From a virus, in the IMG/VR virus record IMGVR_UViG_3300045988_130413: DNA of 64,000 nt. The stretch is one strand, 5' to 3'. Positions within the stretch are counted from its first letter, which is position 1. Each line of letters opens with the position of its first letter. Under the pieces are notes generated by a model. The model was not told the origin of the DNA. It saw only the letters and a program-made list of their open reading frames with translations, and searched no databases. Positions 30,160 through 39,552 of this stretch are shown piece after piece. The translations under genes were made by a program, and so were the position numbers.

Positions 30160-30618
30160 TTAAATTGAAGGTTTTTGTCCTACATCGTCCTTCTTTGTTC
30201 TATTGGCTCTAATTTTTTGATAGAATTTTTCTTTTTCAGAAATATACTGTTTAAGTTTTTGCTTAGTATGAGTTAGCAAATCACGAACTGTATCTAAGTC
30301 AGATTCTACTTGATAGAAGTTTCTCTGCAAAGACCTATTTTCGTAAGATTTTGGATTAAACTTTTTGCTATACTTCATTTCATCCATCACTTTTTTTAAT
30401 GCTTTAAAAGCTGGCTTTAACTCATTATCACGAATATGAGTATAATATTTAATCTCTGCTCTCCATAAAGCAATTTGATATCCAGTCTTTTCGTTAGCCA
30501 TATCCATATCATCTGGATGTACGCTGGCAATGCCTGTAAATATATTATTTCCATCTACTAAAATGCAAGTTGCAGTTTTAGTAGTATCATCCCAGTAGAA
30601 CTTAGGTTCTTGTTTCAT
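30160..30618 (-). CDS. hypothetical protein
   Basis: 152-aa ORF. Confidence 0.35.
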   Translation of the reverse strand: MKQEPKFYWDDTTKTATCILVDGNNIFTGIASVHPDDMDMANEKTGYQIALWRAEIKYYTHIRDNELKPAFKALKKVMDEMKYSKKFNPKSYENRSLQRNFYQVESDLDTVRDLLTHTKQKLKQYISEKEKFYQKIRANRTKKDDVGQKPSI

Positions 30619-30775
30619 ATCAAGTCCTCCTTATATTATATAAAAATATTATATCACAAAAATAAGGGAAAATCAAAAAGGGGACATTTTGCTAAAAAAA
30701 ATTGGTGGGTGCGATTTTTAAGCGGCAACGACCGCTGAGGGCGCCTGCGAGCCCGAATTTTCTGGCACAAAAAAA

Positions 30776-30797
30776 ATAGAGTCTTTTAAGACTCTAT
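30776..30797. terminator. bidirectional hairpin terminator
   Basis: ATAGAGTCTT-TTAA-AAGACTCTAT flanked by A8 and T-run. Confidence 0.5.
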
Positions 30798-31172
30798 TTT
30801 ATCTTCTCGTTTAGGTTCCCAGTGTTCAAATTCATCCCAGCCCGCAAACCAGTATCCTAAATTTTCTTCAGTATAAGGTTTAAAAGGACAATCAAATCTT
30901 CCAAATACTTCATTATTCTCATTTGGTTCTCTAATAAATTTAGAATTTAAAATACAAGGACAGTTTTTCTCAACCCATTCTTTTGGAGCTGTAACGCAAT
31001 AATTTAATGACATATCAATTATTGTTTCAACTACAATAATTTTATTTTCAATTAGCCATTGTTCATTTCTAAAAGTTAAATTATCAATATCTAACCAAGT
31101 ATTAAATGGTTCACAATCTGGAAAATCTCTTCCTGCGCTCCAATCATTAACTTCAAAATAAATAATTTCCAT
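30786..31172 (-). CDS. hypothetical protein
   Basis: 128-aa ORF. Confidence 0.35.
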   Translation of the reverse strand: MEIIYFEVNDWSAGRDFPDCEPFNTWLDIDNLTFRNEQWLIENKIIVVETIIDMSLNYCVTAPKEWVEKNCPCILNSKFIREPNENNEVFGRFDCPFKPYTEENLGYWFAGWDEFEHWEPKREDKIES

Positions 31173-31223
31173 ACTTAATCCTTTCTTAAAAAAAAGAGGG
31201 GCTTAAAAGCCCCTCCCAGTTAA

Positions 31224-32756
31224 TTACTCTTCAGTAGGAGCAACAACTGTATCAGCGTTAATAGTTACGCCTTTATTTGCGGCTAAGTTACCACCCATGA
31301 AACCAGCCAGAAGAGTCTTCAGGTCGATTCCAAGAGATTCGCTCAGTCCTTCAGATACCTGAGTTACATTGGTCATGATGTCGCCCGCAAGCTTAGAGGT
31401 GTCTCCACCAAACATCATAATCTTATCAACATTTGTGTATCCTTTACCAACAGCTTCAGCAATTGCCGGTAACTGCTCGAAGTAAACTTTAAGTGCCTGT
31501 AACTGCATGTCCTGCTTAGCAGCTTCACCATACTGCTTCATAGCCTCTGCCTTCTTCTGAAGACCTTCAGCCTCAGCTTCAAGTTTAGCTCTAATAGCAG
31601 CAGCTTCTGCTTCACCTTTTGCCTGGGCTGCAGCTGCATCAGCTTCACCCTGTGCTTTTACGGCTTCTGCAAGAGCTTTCTTAGCATCTGCATCTCTCTG
31701 TGCTTCTGCAAGAGCAGCTTCTGCCTGCTTTGTTCTCTCGAACAACTCAGCCTCAGATTTCTTCTGAGTCTCATACAGTTTAGCATCTGCTCTCTGCTGT
31801 ACTGCATACTTCTCAGCTTCAGCAGTTTTCTTAACTTCAGCTTCCAGAGCACGCTCTTTAATAGCAACTTCTCTTTCTTTCAACTCAATCTGCTTTTCCT
31901 GACGAGCAATATCTGCTTCAGTAGCAGCAACGTCTTTTAACTGACGCTGTTTCTCTTCCTCAATTGCCTGTGCCGCATTAGCCTGAGCCTTTGCAGTATC
32001 AGCAGTCTTTTTGAGGTCTGCCTGCTTCATCTCGAACTCGTTGTTACGAACTGCAATTTCCTCAGCTGCCTGAACTTTAGCATCATTAGATTTCTTTGCG
32101 TTAGCTGCCTCAGCAACAGCGATTTCTCTCTGTGCATCAGATTTAGCGATTGCCGCATTCTTTCTAATCTGCTCAACGTTATCAATACCTAAGTTGTCAA
32201 TAACGCCGCCCTCATCAGAAAAGTTCTGAACATTAAAGGAAACAAGCTCAAGTCCGAATCTGGCAAGATCAGGAACTACATTCTGCTGAACTTTTTCGCT
32301 AAACGCTTTTCTATCAGATACCATCTCAGTCAGTTTCATCTGACCAACGATTTCACGAATATTTCCTTCCAGGAGGTCATTAACTCTTTCTGCAATTACT
32401 TCACGTTTAACGTTCAAGAAGTTCTGAGCCGCAAGTGCAATCATTTCATCAGTTCTTCCAACCTGTACAGAAACAGTAGAATCAACTTTTACGTTGATGT
32501 ATTCTGCTGTTGGAACAGCGGTACGAGTTTTTACATCAATCTGAATCGCACCAAGAGACAACTTATCAAGTTTCTCAAAGAAAGGAATCTTAATACCAGA
32601 TTTACCAATCAAGATTCGAGGTTTCTTGTGCGGACCAGAGATGATATAAGCTACATCAGGTGAGGACTTCACATATCCTGTCGCAAGAATTGCAATCAAT
32701 ACTACTGCAATAATAATTACAGGGATAAATGGAAGAATTGAACTTAAAATATTCAT
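31224..32756 (-). CDS. flotillin-like SPFH/band-7 membrane protein
   Basis: N-terminal TM, SPFH domain, long Ala/Glu/Lys-rich coiled coil typical of FloT/YqiK. Confidence 0.65.
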   Translation of the reverse strand: MNILSSILPFIPVIIIAVVLIAILATGYVKSSPDVAYIISGPHKKPRILIGKSGIKIPFFEKLDKLSLGAIQIDVKTRTAVPTAEYINVKVDSTVSVQVGRTDEMIALAAQNFLNVKREVIAERVNDLLEGNIREIVGQMKLTEMVSDRKAFSEKVQQNVVPDLARFGLELVSFNVQNFSDEGGVIDNLGIDNVEQIRKNAAIAKSDAQREIAVAEAANAKKSNDAKVQAAEEIAVRNNEFEMKQADLKKTADTAKAQANAAQAIEEEKQRQLKDVAATEADIARQEKQIELKEREVAIKERALEAEVKKTAEAEKYAVQQRADAKLYETQKKSEAELFERTKQAEAALAEAQRDADAKKALAEAVKAQGEADAAAAQAKGEAEAAAIRAKLEAEAEGLQKKAEAMKQYGEAAKQDMQLQALKVYFEQLPAIAEAVGKGYTNVDKIMMFGGDTSKLAGDIMTNVTQVSEGLSESLGIDLKTLLAGFMGGNLAANKGVTINADTVVAPTEE

Positions 32757-32804
32757 GTACTTAACTCCTTTTTCTCATATAATAATTTATTTAATTTTCA
32801 AGGT

Positions 32805-33074
32805 TCAACAATGATATTCATATTTTACTAACCAGTATTCTTTGCCATCTTCTTTATAGAGAACAGCATGGTCATCATATGGCGTTGTTACCAAACTTTT
32901 AAGTTTTTGAACAGCTTCAGTTTTATTTCTATAAACTGCATTTTTATGAAAAGTTAAATTTCCATGATACCCACTTGATTCTTGCGGGTCATAAGCAAAA
33001 CTGTTTAAATCTCGTAAAATTTGGGATTCTTTTGTAGAGCTGTCATAACTCTTATACCCAATTAAATGGCTCAT
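32805..33074 (-). CDS. hypothetical protein
   Basis: 89-aa ORF. Confidence 0.35.
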   Translation of the reverse strand: MSHLIGYKSYDSSTKESQILRDLNSFAYDPQESSGYHGNLTFHKNAVYRNKTEAVQKLKSLVTTPYDDHAVLYKEDGKEYWLVKYEYHC

Positions 33075-33622
33075 AGCATATCTTTACACTCCTCATATTT
33101 ATTTTTTATATCTTCAATAACTGTATCAAGTGAAACTGGATAACAGTTATGAGAATCAACTCCTACATGATACATGAAAAAATTATCTTCATAAAAATTA
33201 ACATTCTGATGTGTATGACCAAATAAATTTAAAGTCATATGATGTAATCCTGAATCATCAACATTACCAGTTAATGTTGGATAATGACTCATATAAAAAT
33301 TATATTTTCTATATTTTAAAACTGTCGAATATCCAAGGCATTCAAGACCATTTTCTTTATAAAGATTAACTCTTGTATTTGTATCATGATTTCCAATGAT
33401 AAAATACTTTTTACCATTTAGCCGTTTTAAACATTCGAGTCCGTGTTCATTATCTTTCAGCATCAAATCGCCTAAGATATACACTTCATCTTCTGGCTGC
33501 ACCAACTCATTCCATCTTTTAATAATTTCTTCATCATGGTCAACAATATTCGGAAAACCTCTCGGTTCGTAGATAAAAAACTTATCATGACCAAAATGAA
33601 GGTCTGAAGTCACATAAATCAT
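33071..33622 (-). CDS. calcineurin-like binuclear metallophosphoesterase (Pnkp phosphatase-like)
   Basis: DLHFGH, GDL, GNHD motifs; 4-nt overlap with upstream kinase gene. Confidence 0.6.
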   Translation of the reverse strand: MIYVTSDLHFGHDKFFIYEPRGFPNIVDHDEEIIKRWNELVQPEDEVYILGDLMLKDNEHGLECLKRLNGKKYFIIGNHDTNTRVNLYKENGLECLGYSTVLKYRKYNFYMSHYPTLTGNVDDSGLHHMTLNLFGHTHQNVNFYEDNFFMYHVGVDSHNCYPVSLDTVIEDIKNKYEECKDML

Positions 33623-34203
33623 TCTACATACTCCTTATCGGCATCTCCTACAATCAAAATATGTTTGTAGGTATATTTTTCATTGTAAGTTGGCTTATCA
33701 AAAGTATAAAACATTCTTCTGATTGTTCCTCTTGGAACATAAGCACGTCCCATTCCTTTTCGATTTTCATTCTGAGCAAGAATCTGAGCAAGTGGTAAAT
33801 TAAATACAACTGGAATAATATCTACTCCATCTAAATCAAGTCTATCAAGGACTCGATTTCTTGCTTTTTCACTCAGATGAGTTGCATCTGCGAAAACTGC
33901 AATATCATCAGTTGCTTCATTTAAAGCATTTTTAATTCTATTACAGAACTCATCAAAGACATCATCTTCATACTTAAAAATATTTTTATCATCTTCGTTT
34001 AAGAACTCAGCTCTTACTTCATCTCTTGACACATGTACACACTTGTAAGTCGTTGCCTGTGCCATTTCCTTCTTGACGTAAGTCGTCTTGCCTGATCCTG
34101 CAGGTCCGCACATAAGAAAGAGAATCTTGTGCTTCATCTTTATACACCCCATTTTCAAAATTTTCTTTAAACTCAAGAACATCCTCATATGATTTACATT
34201 CAA
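33619..34203 (-). CDS. P-loop polynucleotide kinase-like protein
   Basis: MCGPAGSGKTTYV Walker A; probable real start MKHKILF (~34137). Confidence 0.55.
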   Translation of the reverse strand: MNVNHMRMFLSLKKILKMGCIKMKHKILFLMCGPAGSGKTTYVKKEMAQATTYKCVHVSRDEVRAEFLNEDDKNIFKYEDDVFDEFCNRIKNALNEATDDIAVFADATHLSEKARNRVLDRLDLDGVDIIPVVFNLPLAQILAQNENRKGMGRAYVPRGTIRRMFYTFDKPTYNEKYTYKHILIVGDADKEYVE

Positions 34204-34369
34204 TATGATTTACTTCTTGTTTGCAGAATACACAGTACATTTTCTTTCTATGAAATCTACCATGTTGATGACTATTACGACGTGGTAAACTCATATTTTT
34301 ATGACCGCAATTCATACAATAGAAATCATTGATTATCATTTTTCCATTTCTTCGTCCCATTAGTATCAA
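34019..34369 (-). CDS. small zinc-ribbon protein (3' part overlaps kinase gene in another frame)
   Basis: CMNCGH...CVFCKQ; overlap suggests the true end is uncertain. Confidence 0.3.
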   Translation of the reverse strand: MILMGRRNGKMIINDFYCMNCGHKNMSLPRRNSHQHGRFHRKKMYCVFCKQEVNHIECKSYEDVLEFKENFENGVYKDEAQDSLSYVRTCRIRQDDLRQEGNGTGNDLQVCTCVKR

Positions 34370-34396
34370 TTCCTTTTAATTATTTATTACATATAT

Positions 34397-34425
34397 ATTA
34401 TATAATATTTTTTATAAAATATCAA
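34397..34425 (-). promoter_or_regulatory. consensus phage promoter, copy 1 of tandem pair
   Basis: TTGATA-17-TATAAT. Confidence 0.5.
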
Positions 34426-34447
34426 TTAAGATATTTTATTTAGTGTC

Positions 34448-34472
34448 GGAAAGGATTTTTAAAATCCTTTCC
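34448..34472 (-). terminator. perfect hairpin terminator between tandem promoters
   Basis: GGAAAGGATTTT-TAAAATCCTTTCC. Confidence 0.55.
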
Positions 34473-34488
34473 TTAACTTTCTATATAT

Positions 34489-34517
34489 ATTATATAATAT
34501 TTTTTATAAAATATCAA
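34489..34517 (-). promoter_or_regulatory. consensus phage promoter, copy 2
   Basis: TTGATA-17-TATAAT plus conserved downstream ATATATAGAAAGTTAAGG. Confidence 0.5.
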
Positions 34518-34742
34518 TTAAATATCAATTTCTGCATCTAACATAAAATTTTCAGCCTTAATTTTTTCCCAAGCTTCTTCTCTCTTCTTTTTTCGATGGA
34601 AGATAGATTTAACTTTCATAACTTCTGATATTGCCTCTGCACTGACCATAGCAGTAAGCATTGACCATTGCCCATCACAAGCTCGTCTATTAGCCCAGTC
34701 AGAGAACTCGTCAAATGTAACATCTTTCATTTTTTTCTTCAT
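34518..34742 (-). CDS. hypothetical protein
   Basis: 74-aa ORF. Confidence 0.35.
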   Translation of the reverse strand: MKKKMKDVTFDEFSDWANRRACDGQWSMLTAMVSAEAISEVMKVKSIFHRKKKREEAWEKIKAENFMLDAEIDI

Positions 34743-34745
34743 TTT

Positions 34746-35924
34746 TTATCTCCTCTGCATAATTCCAAAAGGATTGTCGCTATAATAGTCTCCTTCAATT
34801 TGAGGAGCATATTCATTACAATGAGTAATGATAATTTTTTTAGAAAATCTTGTATCAAGTTTGACTTTTTCAAAATCATTGTCAATTCGAGTAATTACAT
34901 CACTTTTTTTCATTACACCATATCTTAATCCGCCCTGGAAATCATTGTGTACATTTGTTTTATCAAACATCTCTGTATTGATTTCTTTTTTCTGAGCCTC
35001 CTGCTCAATAGGACCAACCCCATGTCTGGTTACATATGAACGTGTTACATAGCAAGCATCAACTGAAATGTCTTTTTTATCTGCTAAAATCTCAAAAGGA
35101 TATGTTACTCCTGTACGAGAAGTGGTATGCCAAATATCATCATAATAAAAATCAAGTCCTAATCCTTGACCATTTTCAAAGATAAAACTATCAAACTTAT
35201 TATAAAGATTATCAAAAGTAATAATTTCATTTCTCTCAAGGAAAAATAATATATCACTTCTAAAATTACAAATTAAAGACTGTCTACCAACAGAATGTTT
35301 ATCAAAATACTCTCTGTAAGTAGTAATTTTATCAAGCTGCACTCCACGTTTAAAAAGAATTACAAGACAATCTCTCCAAATTTCTTCCATATGAAAAAGA
35401 TATTCTTCGTCTGTCCAGCTTGCAAAATCAGCAACCGTAAAATGAGTCTTCATTGTAGGGTCGCCATATCTGTCCTCAATAGCACACCAAGAGCCAAAAC
35501 CGCAAGAACCATATTCTCTTTCACCATTCTGCTCGGCAATCCAATTTTCTGTAATATGGTCAATCATCATATCAAAAGGAGTAATTACTTTTGCTTCTGG
35601 ATCAACATATCCCTTTAAATTCAAAGGAAATAAATGCTGTTCTAATAATTCATAATACTCCTTTGTATAAGTCATAGGATGAATAAAAAAGGTTTTCGCA
35701 AAAAAAGTTGGAACTCCTTCTGCGGTTCCACTCCCAAAATGATGATATACATGCCGTAACTTGGTTGTATAATCAACTGTATGACCACGCTGAGCTGTTC
35801 CATTGTGAAAGATTACTACTGGCTTTAAGCCTCGATTAAGAGCATCTTCACAAAAATGATTTGTTACAAGACCTTTTCCTTCATCTCCAAAGTTTGCTCC
35901 AATAACAATTTTACTTTCTTTCAT
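34746..35924 (-). CDS. adenylosuccinate synthetase-family protein (PurA/PurZ-like)
   Basis: N-terminal GANFGDEGKGLV P-loop and NGTAQRGHTV match PurA GDEGKGK / GGHNAGHT; divergent elsewhere. Confidence 0.6.
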   Translation of the reverse strand: MKESKIVIGANFGDEGKGLVTNHFCEDALNRGLKPVVIFHNGTAQRGHTVDYTTKLRHVYHHFGSGTAEGVPTFFAKTFFIHPMTYTKEYYELLEQHLFPLNLKGYVDPEAKVITPFDMMIDHITENWIAEQNGEREYGSCGFGSWCAIEDRYGDPTMKTHFTVADFASWTDEEYLFHMEEIWRDCLVILFKRGVQLDKITTYREYFDKHSVGRQSLICNFRSDILFFLERNEIITFDNLYNKFDSFIFENGQGLGLDFYYDDIWHTTSRTGVTYPFEILADKKDISVDACYVTRSYVTRHGVGPIEQEAQKKEINTEMFDKTNVHNDFQGGLRYGVMKKSDVITRIDNDFEKVKLDTRFSKKIIITHCNEYAPQIEGDYYSDNPFGIMQRR

Positions 35925-35925
35925 C

Positions 35926-36237
35926 TTAATCTAACCTTTCATCACAGTATTTATCTACAAAAGTTTCAAAGCCCATTCTCGCACAAATTACATCAAGCTC
36001 ATCGGCTGTCTCTTTAACAGAATCTTTAATAGAATAAATAATCCAATTATATTCCTGCTCAACAGTTTCATCTTCATCATTTAATCCAAAAGATTCAGCA
36101 ACATTATAAGCCATTTCATAACCATAATCATTGGCTTCTTCAATGTCATTTACATCTACAACTTGACAATTATAGATTCCATGCAGTCCTTGATAAATAC
36201 CTTCAGTTGCATAAATATAAACTCTCATAAAAAACAC
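35926..36237 (-). CDS. hypothetical acidic protein
   Basis: 103-aa ORF. Confidence 0.35.
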   Translation of the reverse strand: MFFMRVYIYATEGIYQGLHGIYNCQVVDVNDIEEANDYGYEMAYNVAESFGLNDEDETVEQEYNWIIYSIKDSVKETADELDVICARMGFETFVDKYCDERLD

Positions 36238-36258
36238 CTTCCTTAACTTTCTATATAT

Positions 36259-36287
36259 ATTATATTATATTTTTAATAAAAAATCAA
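36259..36287 (-). promoter_or_regulatory. consensus phage promoter
   Basis: TTGATT-17-TATAAT. Confidence 0.5.
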
Positions 36288-36308
36288 AGGAGGACTATTG
36301 TCCTCCTT
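36287..36308 (-). terminator. hairpin terminator
   Basis: AAGGAGGAC-TATT-GTCCTCCTT followed by U-run. Confidence 0.5.
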
Positions 36309-36315
36309 TTATATT

Positions 36316-37236
36316 TTAAATATCCCAGCTCACTTCAGAAGAAGCTGTATCATTATCATTAATGTCAATTTTAACTGGACCAGTTTCAAAAGCTGTTCCT
36401 GTTTCACTTCCATGACTAATTACAATATCTGTAATAATCTTTGCAAGACCATTTAAGCCAGATACGAAGTAATGGTCATTTCCTACAAGTTCTTTCCAAG
36501 ACTCATCTAAGTCTGGATGTCTGCTGCACAGCCACTGATAAGAGCTTTCTTTATCATCAATGGAGATATGGTAAACATCAAATTTGTCAAAAACTTCTTT
36601 CTTTAAATCTCCTGTTTCAACATCACCTTGAAGAGAATCTCCTGTGCAATCAGCTAATCCCCATTTTGGTAAATAAGGATTCGGCTTTTCATCTCCCATT
36701 GTAATGATAATGCCTTTCTGACCTCTATCCCAGCAATCAAGTTTGCAATGGTTTAATCCCATGTACCAAGCGGCTGTATAAGACTCAAAACTATTACCAC
36801 CACCGCCGCCTTCAAAATACATCTTATCAAGCTGCTCCGCAATTCTAATATCAGATTCAAACTGAGACATCTGAATTGGTGCTCTGTCATAAGCGAGGTC
36901 TCCGATTCCCATTACGCAAAACTCAACGTCCTTAATAGAGTTATCTGCATAAATATCAGTCATAATCTCATTCAGTTTCTTAGCAACCTGGACTGCGGCG
37001 CCGCCCATAGAACCAGTTACATCAAGTGCCAAAATAACTGGAACTGTATGCGGATGTTCGTCAGAATCACAACATTCACGCATTACTCCTTTTGGATTTA
37101 AAGCTGCGTCAAGTTTACGAGATGTATAAAACTCCTGTGCTGAAAAAGCCATTGTATCAAACTCGTCAAGGGAAACTCCCCTTGAACGAGATGTATAATC
37201 ACTAAATGCCTTAGTTGTCCAACTTCCTCCACCCAT
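36316..37236 (-). CDS. von Willebrand factor A (VWA) domain protein
   Basis: MIDAS motif LALDVTGSMGG. Confidence 0.6.
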   Translation of the reverse strand: MGGGSWTTKAFSDYTSRSRGVSLDEFDTMAFSAQEFYTSRKLDAALNPKGVMRECCDSDEHPHTVPVILALDVTGSMGGAAVQVAKKLNEIMTDIYADNSIKDVEFCVMGIGDLAYDRAPIQMSQFESDIRIAEQLDKMYFEGGGGGNSFESYTAAWYMGLNHCKLDCWDRGQKGIIITMGDEKPNPYLPKWGLADCTGDSLQGDVETGDLKKEVFDKFDVYHISIDDKESSYQWLCSRHPDLDESWKELVGNDHYFVSGLNGLAKIITDIVISHGSETGTAFETGPVKIDINDNDTASSEVSWDI

Positions 37237-37997
37237 TAGTCTTCGTCCTCCTCATCATCATCTGTGTTAACTACCGGAGCATCACCAAAATCAAAAGCTC
37301 CATCAAACATATTCTCAAACATGTTTCCGCTATTTCCCATCATCATAAACATCATAGGATTCATGCCACCCATGTTCATAGAACCGCCTGTGTTATTTCC
37401 ATTAAACATCTGGCTCATCATCATCATGCTCATCATAGAAGACATAGAACCATTGTCCTTAGTCATATTCATAAATGGACTGAAAATCTTACCATAGCAG
37501 TATGTTTTTCCCATGAAGACATGATGCTCTGGAATAGTCTCCTGAATGGTAGAATCTTTATAACTGAAAGTCTTAATGGAATTTTTTCCTACCTCAATAA
37601 CTGCTCTTGGTTCGTTATTAACCAGAATAATGTCACCAACGGCAACTTTAAATGTAGGAACTACCCAAAATGCTCCATCCATATCAAAAGCGAAATTATC
37701 GCAGTTTGTAAGTTTCATTGTTTTAACATTGAATGTTTTGTAGCCATTCTGCACTTTAATGGCAATCTTACCATTAGCACCCATCTTGCAATAACCTTTT
37801 GCTACCGGCTTAAACATTCCATTAAACATATTTCCAAAATCAAACATATTCTCTTCTTTCCTTTCCTTCTGCTCTTTTTCTGTATCTCTGACAATAGCCC
37901 AATGATCCATTATATCGCCTATATTTCTTAGAGTTTTATCTAAGATTTCTGAAAAGTTTGGATCATCAATACCGAAAGCATATCCATTTTTTATCAT
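37236..37997 (-). CDS. hypothetical protein with Met/Gly/Asn-rich low-complexity tail
   Basis: 253-aa ORF, C-terminal MMSMMMMSQMFNGNNTGGSMNMGGMNPMMFMMMG. Confidence 0.4.
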   Translation of the reverse strand: MIKNGYAFGIDDPNFSEILDKTLRNIGDIMDHWAIVRDTEKEQKERKEENMFDFGNMFNGMFKPVAKGYCKMGANGKIAIKVQNGYKTFNVKTMKLTNCDNFAFDMDGAFWVVPTFKVAVGDIILVNNEPRAVIEVGKNSIKTFSYKDSTIQETIPEHHVFMGKTYCYGKIFSPFMNMTKDNGSMSSMMSMMMMSQMFNGNNTGGSMNMGGMNPMMFMMMGNSGNMFENMFDGAFDFGDAPVVNTDDDEEDED

Positions 37998-38022
37998 TTC
38001 TTTTCTTTAACTTTCTATATAT

Positions 38023-38051
38023 ATTATATTATATTTTTTTTATTTTATCAA
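38023..38051 (-). promoter_or_regulatory. consensus phage promoter
   Basis: TTGATA-17-TATAAT. Confidence 0.5.
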
Positions 38052-38059
38052 TTTACATA

Positions 38060-38428
38060 TTACTTATCCTCATCATCATAACAGTAAAAATGCTCATCAG
38101 GATCTTTTCTTACAGAATCCATACATCCATTAGGAACTTCAAGAGCTTGAACTGGAGTTAAATCTCCATATAACTTTTGATACCAGCTTGGATGATGGCA
38201 TTTAATATAAGCAGGGTCGCCTACACAATCCGTATATCCTCTCGGACATACTGGATTATATCTCCGAAACTGAGAATACTGAGGTACTTCTGCATATATA
38301 GGATTTTCTCTGCATTTAATGCAAAGACTTTTTGGTGCTACACATTTATCACATCTTGTCATTTTATTAATCCTCAAAACCGCTATTTGCGTCAAACAGT
38401 ACATTTTGTTCCCAAGTATCCAAATCAA
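38060..38428 (-). CDS. hypothetical Cys-rich protein
   Basis: Many CxxC pairs. Confidence 0.3.
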   Translation of the reverse strand: MIWILGNKMYCLTQIAVLRINKMTRCDKCVAPKSLCIKCRENPIYAEVPQYSQFRRYNPVCPRGYTDCVGDPAYIKCHHPSWYQKLYGDLTPVQALEVPNGCMDSVRKDPDEHFYCYDDEDK

Positions 38429-39107
38429 TTAATGGCAAACTTCCTGTGAAGAAACATCCACCATCAATATCAATTTTATGAGCTTTGCCCGCAGAATCTT
38501 TGCAGTAGAAATATGCTCCAGGAGAAGCTTTCTTTCCGCTCATCTCACACATATACTCATAACAATAATGACTTAAAAGAGGAACAGGAGTATGTCCATG
38601 AATCATAACTACATTATCCATTCCGCCTTCTTCATCCCATTCATCATCAAAATGCTCTCGGTTCCAGATGAAATCATCTTCAAATTCCGGAAATCCTAAG
38701 TGCGGACCAGGCGTAAAACCTGAATGAGATAAGATTACAACTTCTCCATTTTTATTATCATAACGATACCATTTAGGAAGATTGTCGATAATATTAATGT
38801 ATTTTTCATCACTTCCATCTTCTTCCCATTCTGCAACAGTAGATTGACCGCCATTAGCACAATGAAGTCTTGTGCAATGCTTTGTCCGCATAGAATCTGC
38901 GAACATCTGTTCGTGATTGCCGCAGATTAAGAAGAAATGTTCAGAATCTTCAAGAACTTCTTTTAAAATCTTAAATCCTGCTGGACCTCTATCTACACAA
39001 TCACCTAAAATATAGCAAAAACTATTGTCTGCATATACAATATTTTTCACCATTTCCCATAAATCGTACTGACCATGAAGATCAGAACAACAATATACAT
39101 GACTCAT
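38367..39107 (-). CDS. lambda-phosphatase-like Ser/Thr protein phosphatase (metallophosphoesterase)
   Basis: SDLHGQ, GDCVDRGP, GNHE motifs. Confidence 0.7.
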   Translation of the reverse strand: MSHVYCCSDLHGQYDLWEMVKNIVYADNSFCYILGDCVDRGPAGFKILKEVLEDSEHFFLICGNHEQMFADSMRTKHCTRLHCANGGQSTVAEWEEDGSDEKYINIIDNLPKWYRYDNKNGEVVILSHSGFTPGPHLGFPEFEDDFIWNREHFDDEWDEEGGMDNVVMIHGHTPVPLLSHYCYEYMCEMSGKKASPGAYFYCKDSAGKAHKIDIDGGCFFTGSLPLIDLDTWEQNVLFDANSGFED

Positions 39108-39135
39108 ATTTTACGCCTCATATTCTTTATAATAA

Positions 39136-39336
39136 TTATTTGTTGTTTACTTGAAAAGATGTTACTAAAAGTCCTTCATTTTTTAATAAAGCGACAATTT
39201 CATCTTCTGGAATTTCATACCAACCAGGATTCTGATACTGAAGAACCTGATAAGCTAAAGACTCTAAAGCATCTTCCAGTTCACATCTGTCACAGCCACC
39301 AAATTCAATCATTTTTATTTTTCCTTTCTTTTTCAT
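39136..39336 (-). CDS. hypothetical protein
   Basis: 66-aa ORF. Confidence 0.3.
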   Translation of the reverse strand: MKKKGKIKMIEFGGCDRCELEDALESLAYQVLQYQNPGWYEIPEDEIVALLKNEGLLVTSFQVNNK

Positions 39337-39347
39337 TTGATATATAT

Positions 39348-39376
39348 ATTATATAATATTTTTTATAAAAAATCAA
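39348..39376 (-). promoter_or_regulatory. consensus phage promoter
   Basis: TTGATT-17-TATAAT. Confidence 0.5.
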
Positions 39377-39552
39377 TGCCCTATCTTTTTGATAGGGCAT
39401 TACGTTAATAATGTATTATATTTAAAATAATTTGTGCGAGCCCGCCAAAAATGAAACCTGTTATATAGATATGACTTGGCTCATTAAATTTAGTGCTTAA
39501 AATAGCACCTGCTACACAAACCACTATAAATATAATAAAAAAGACAATATCC

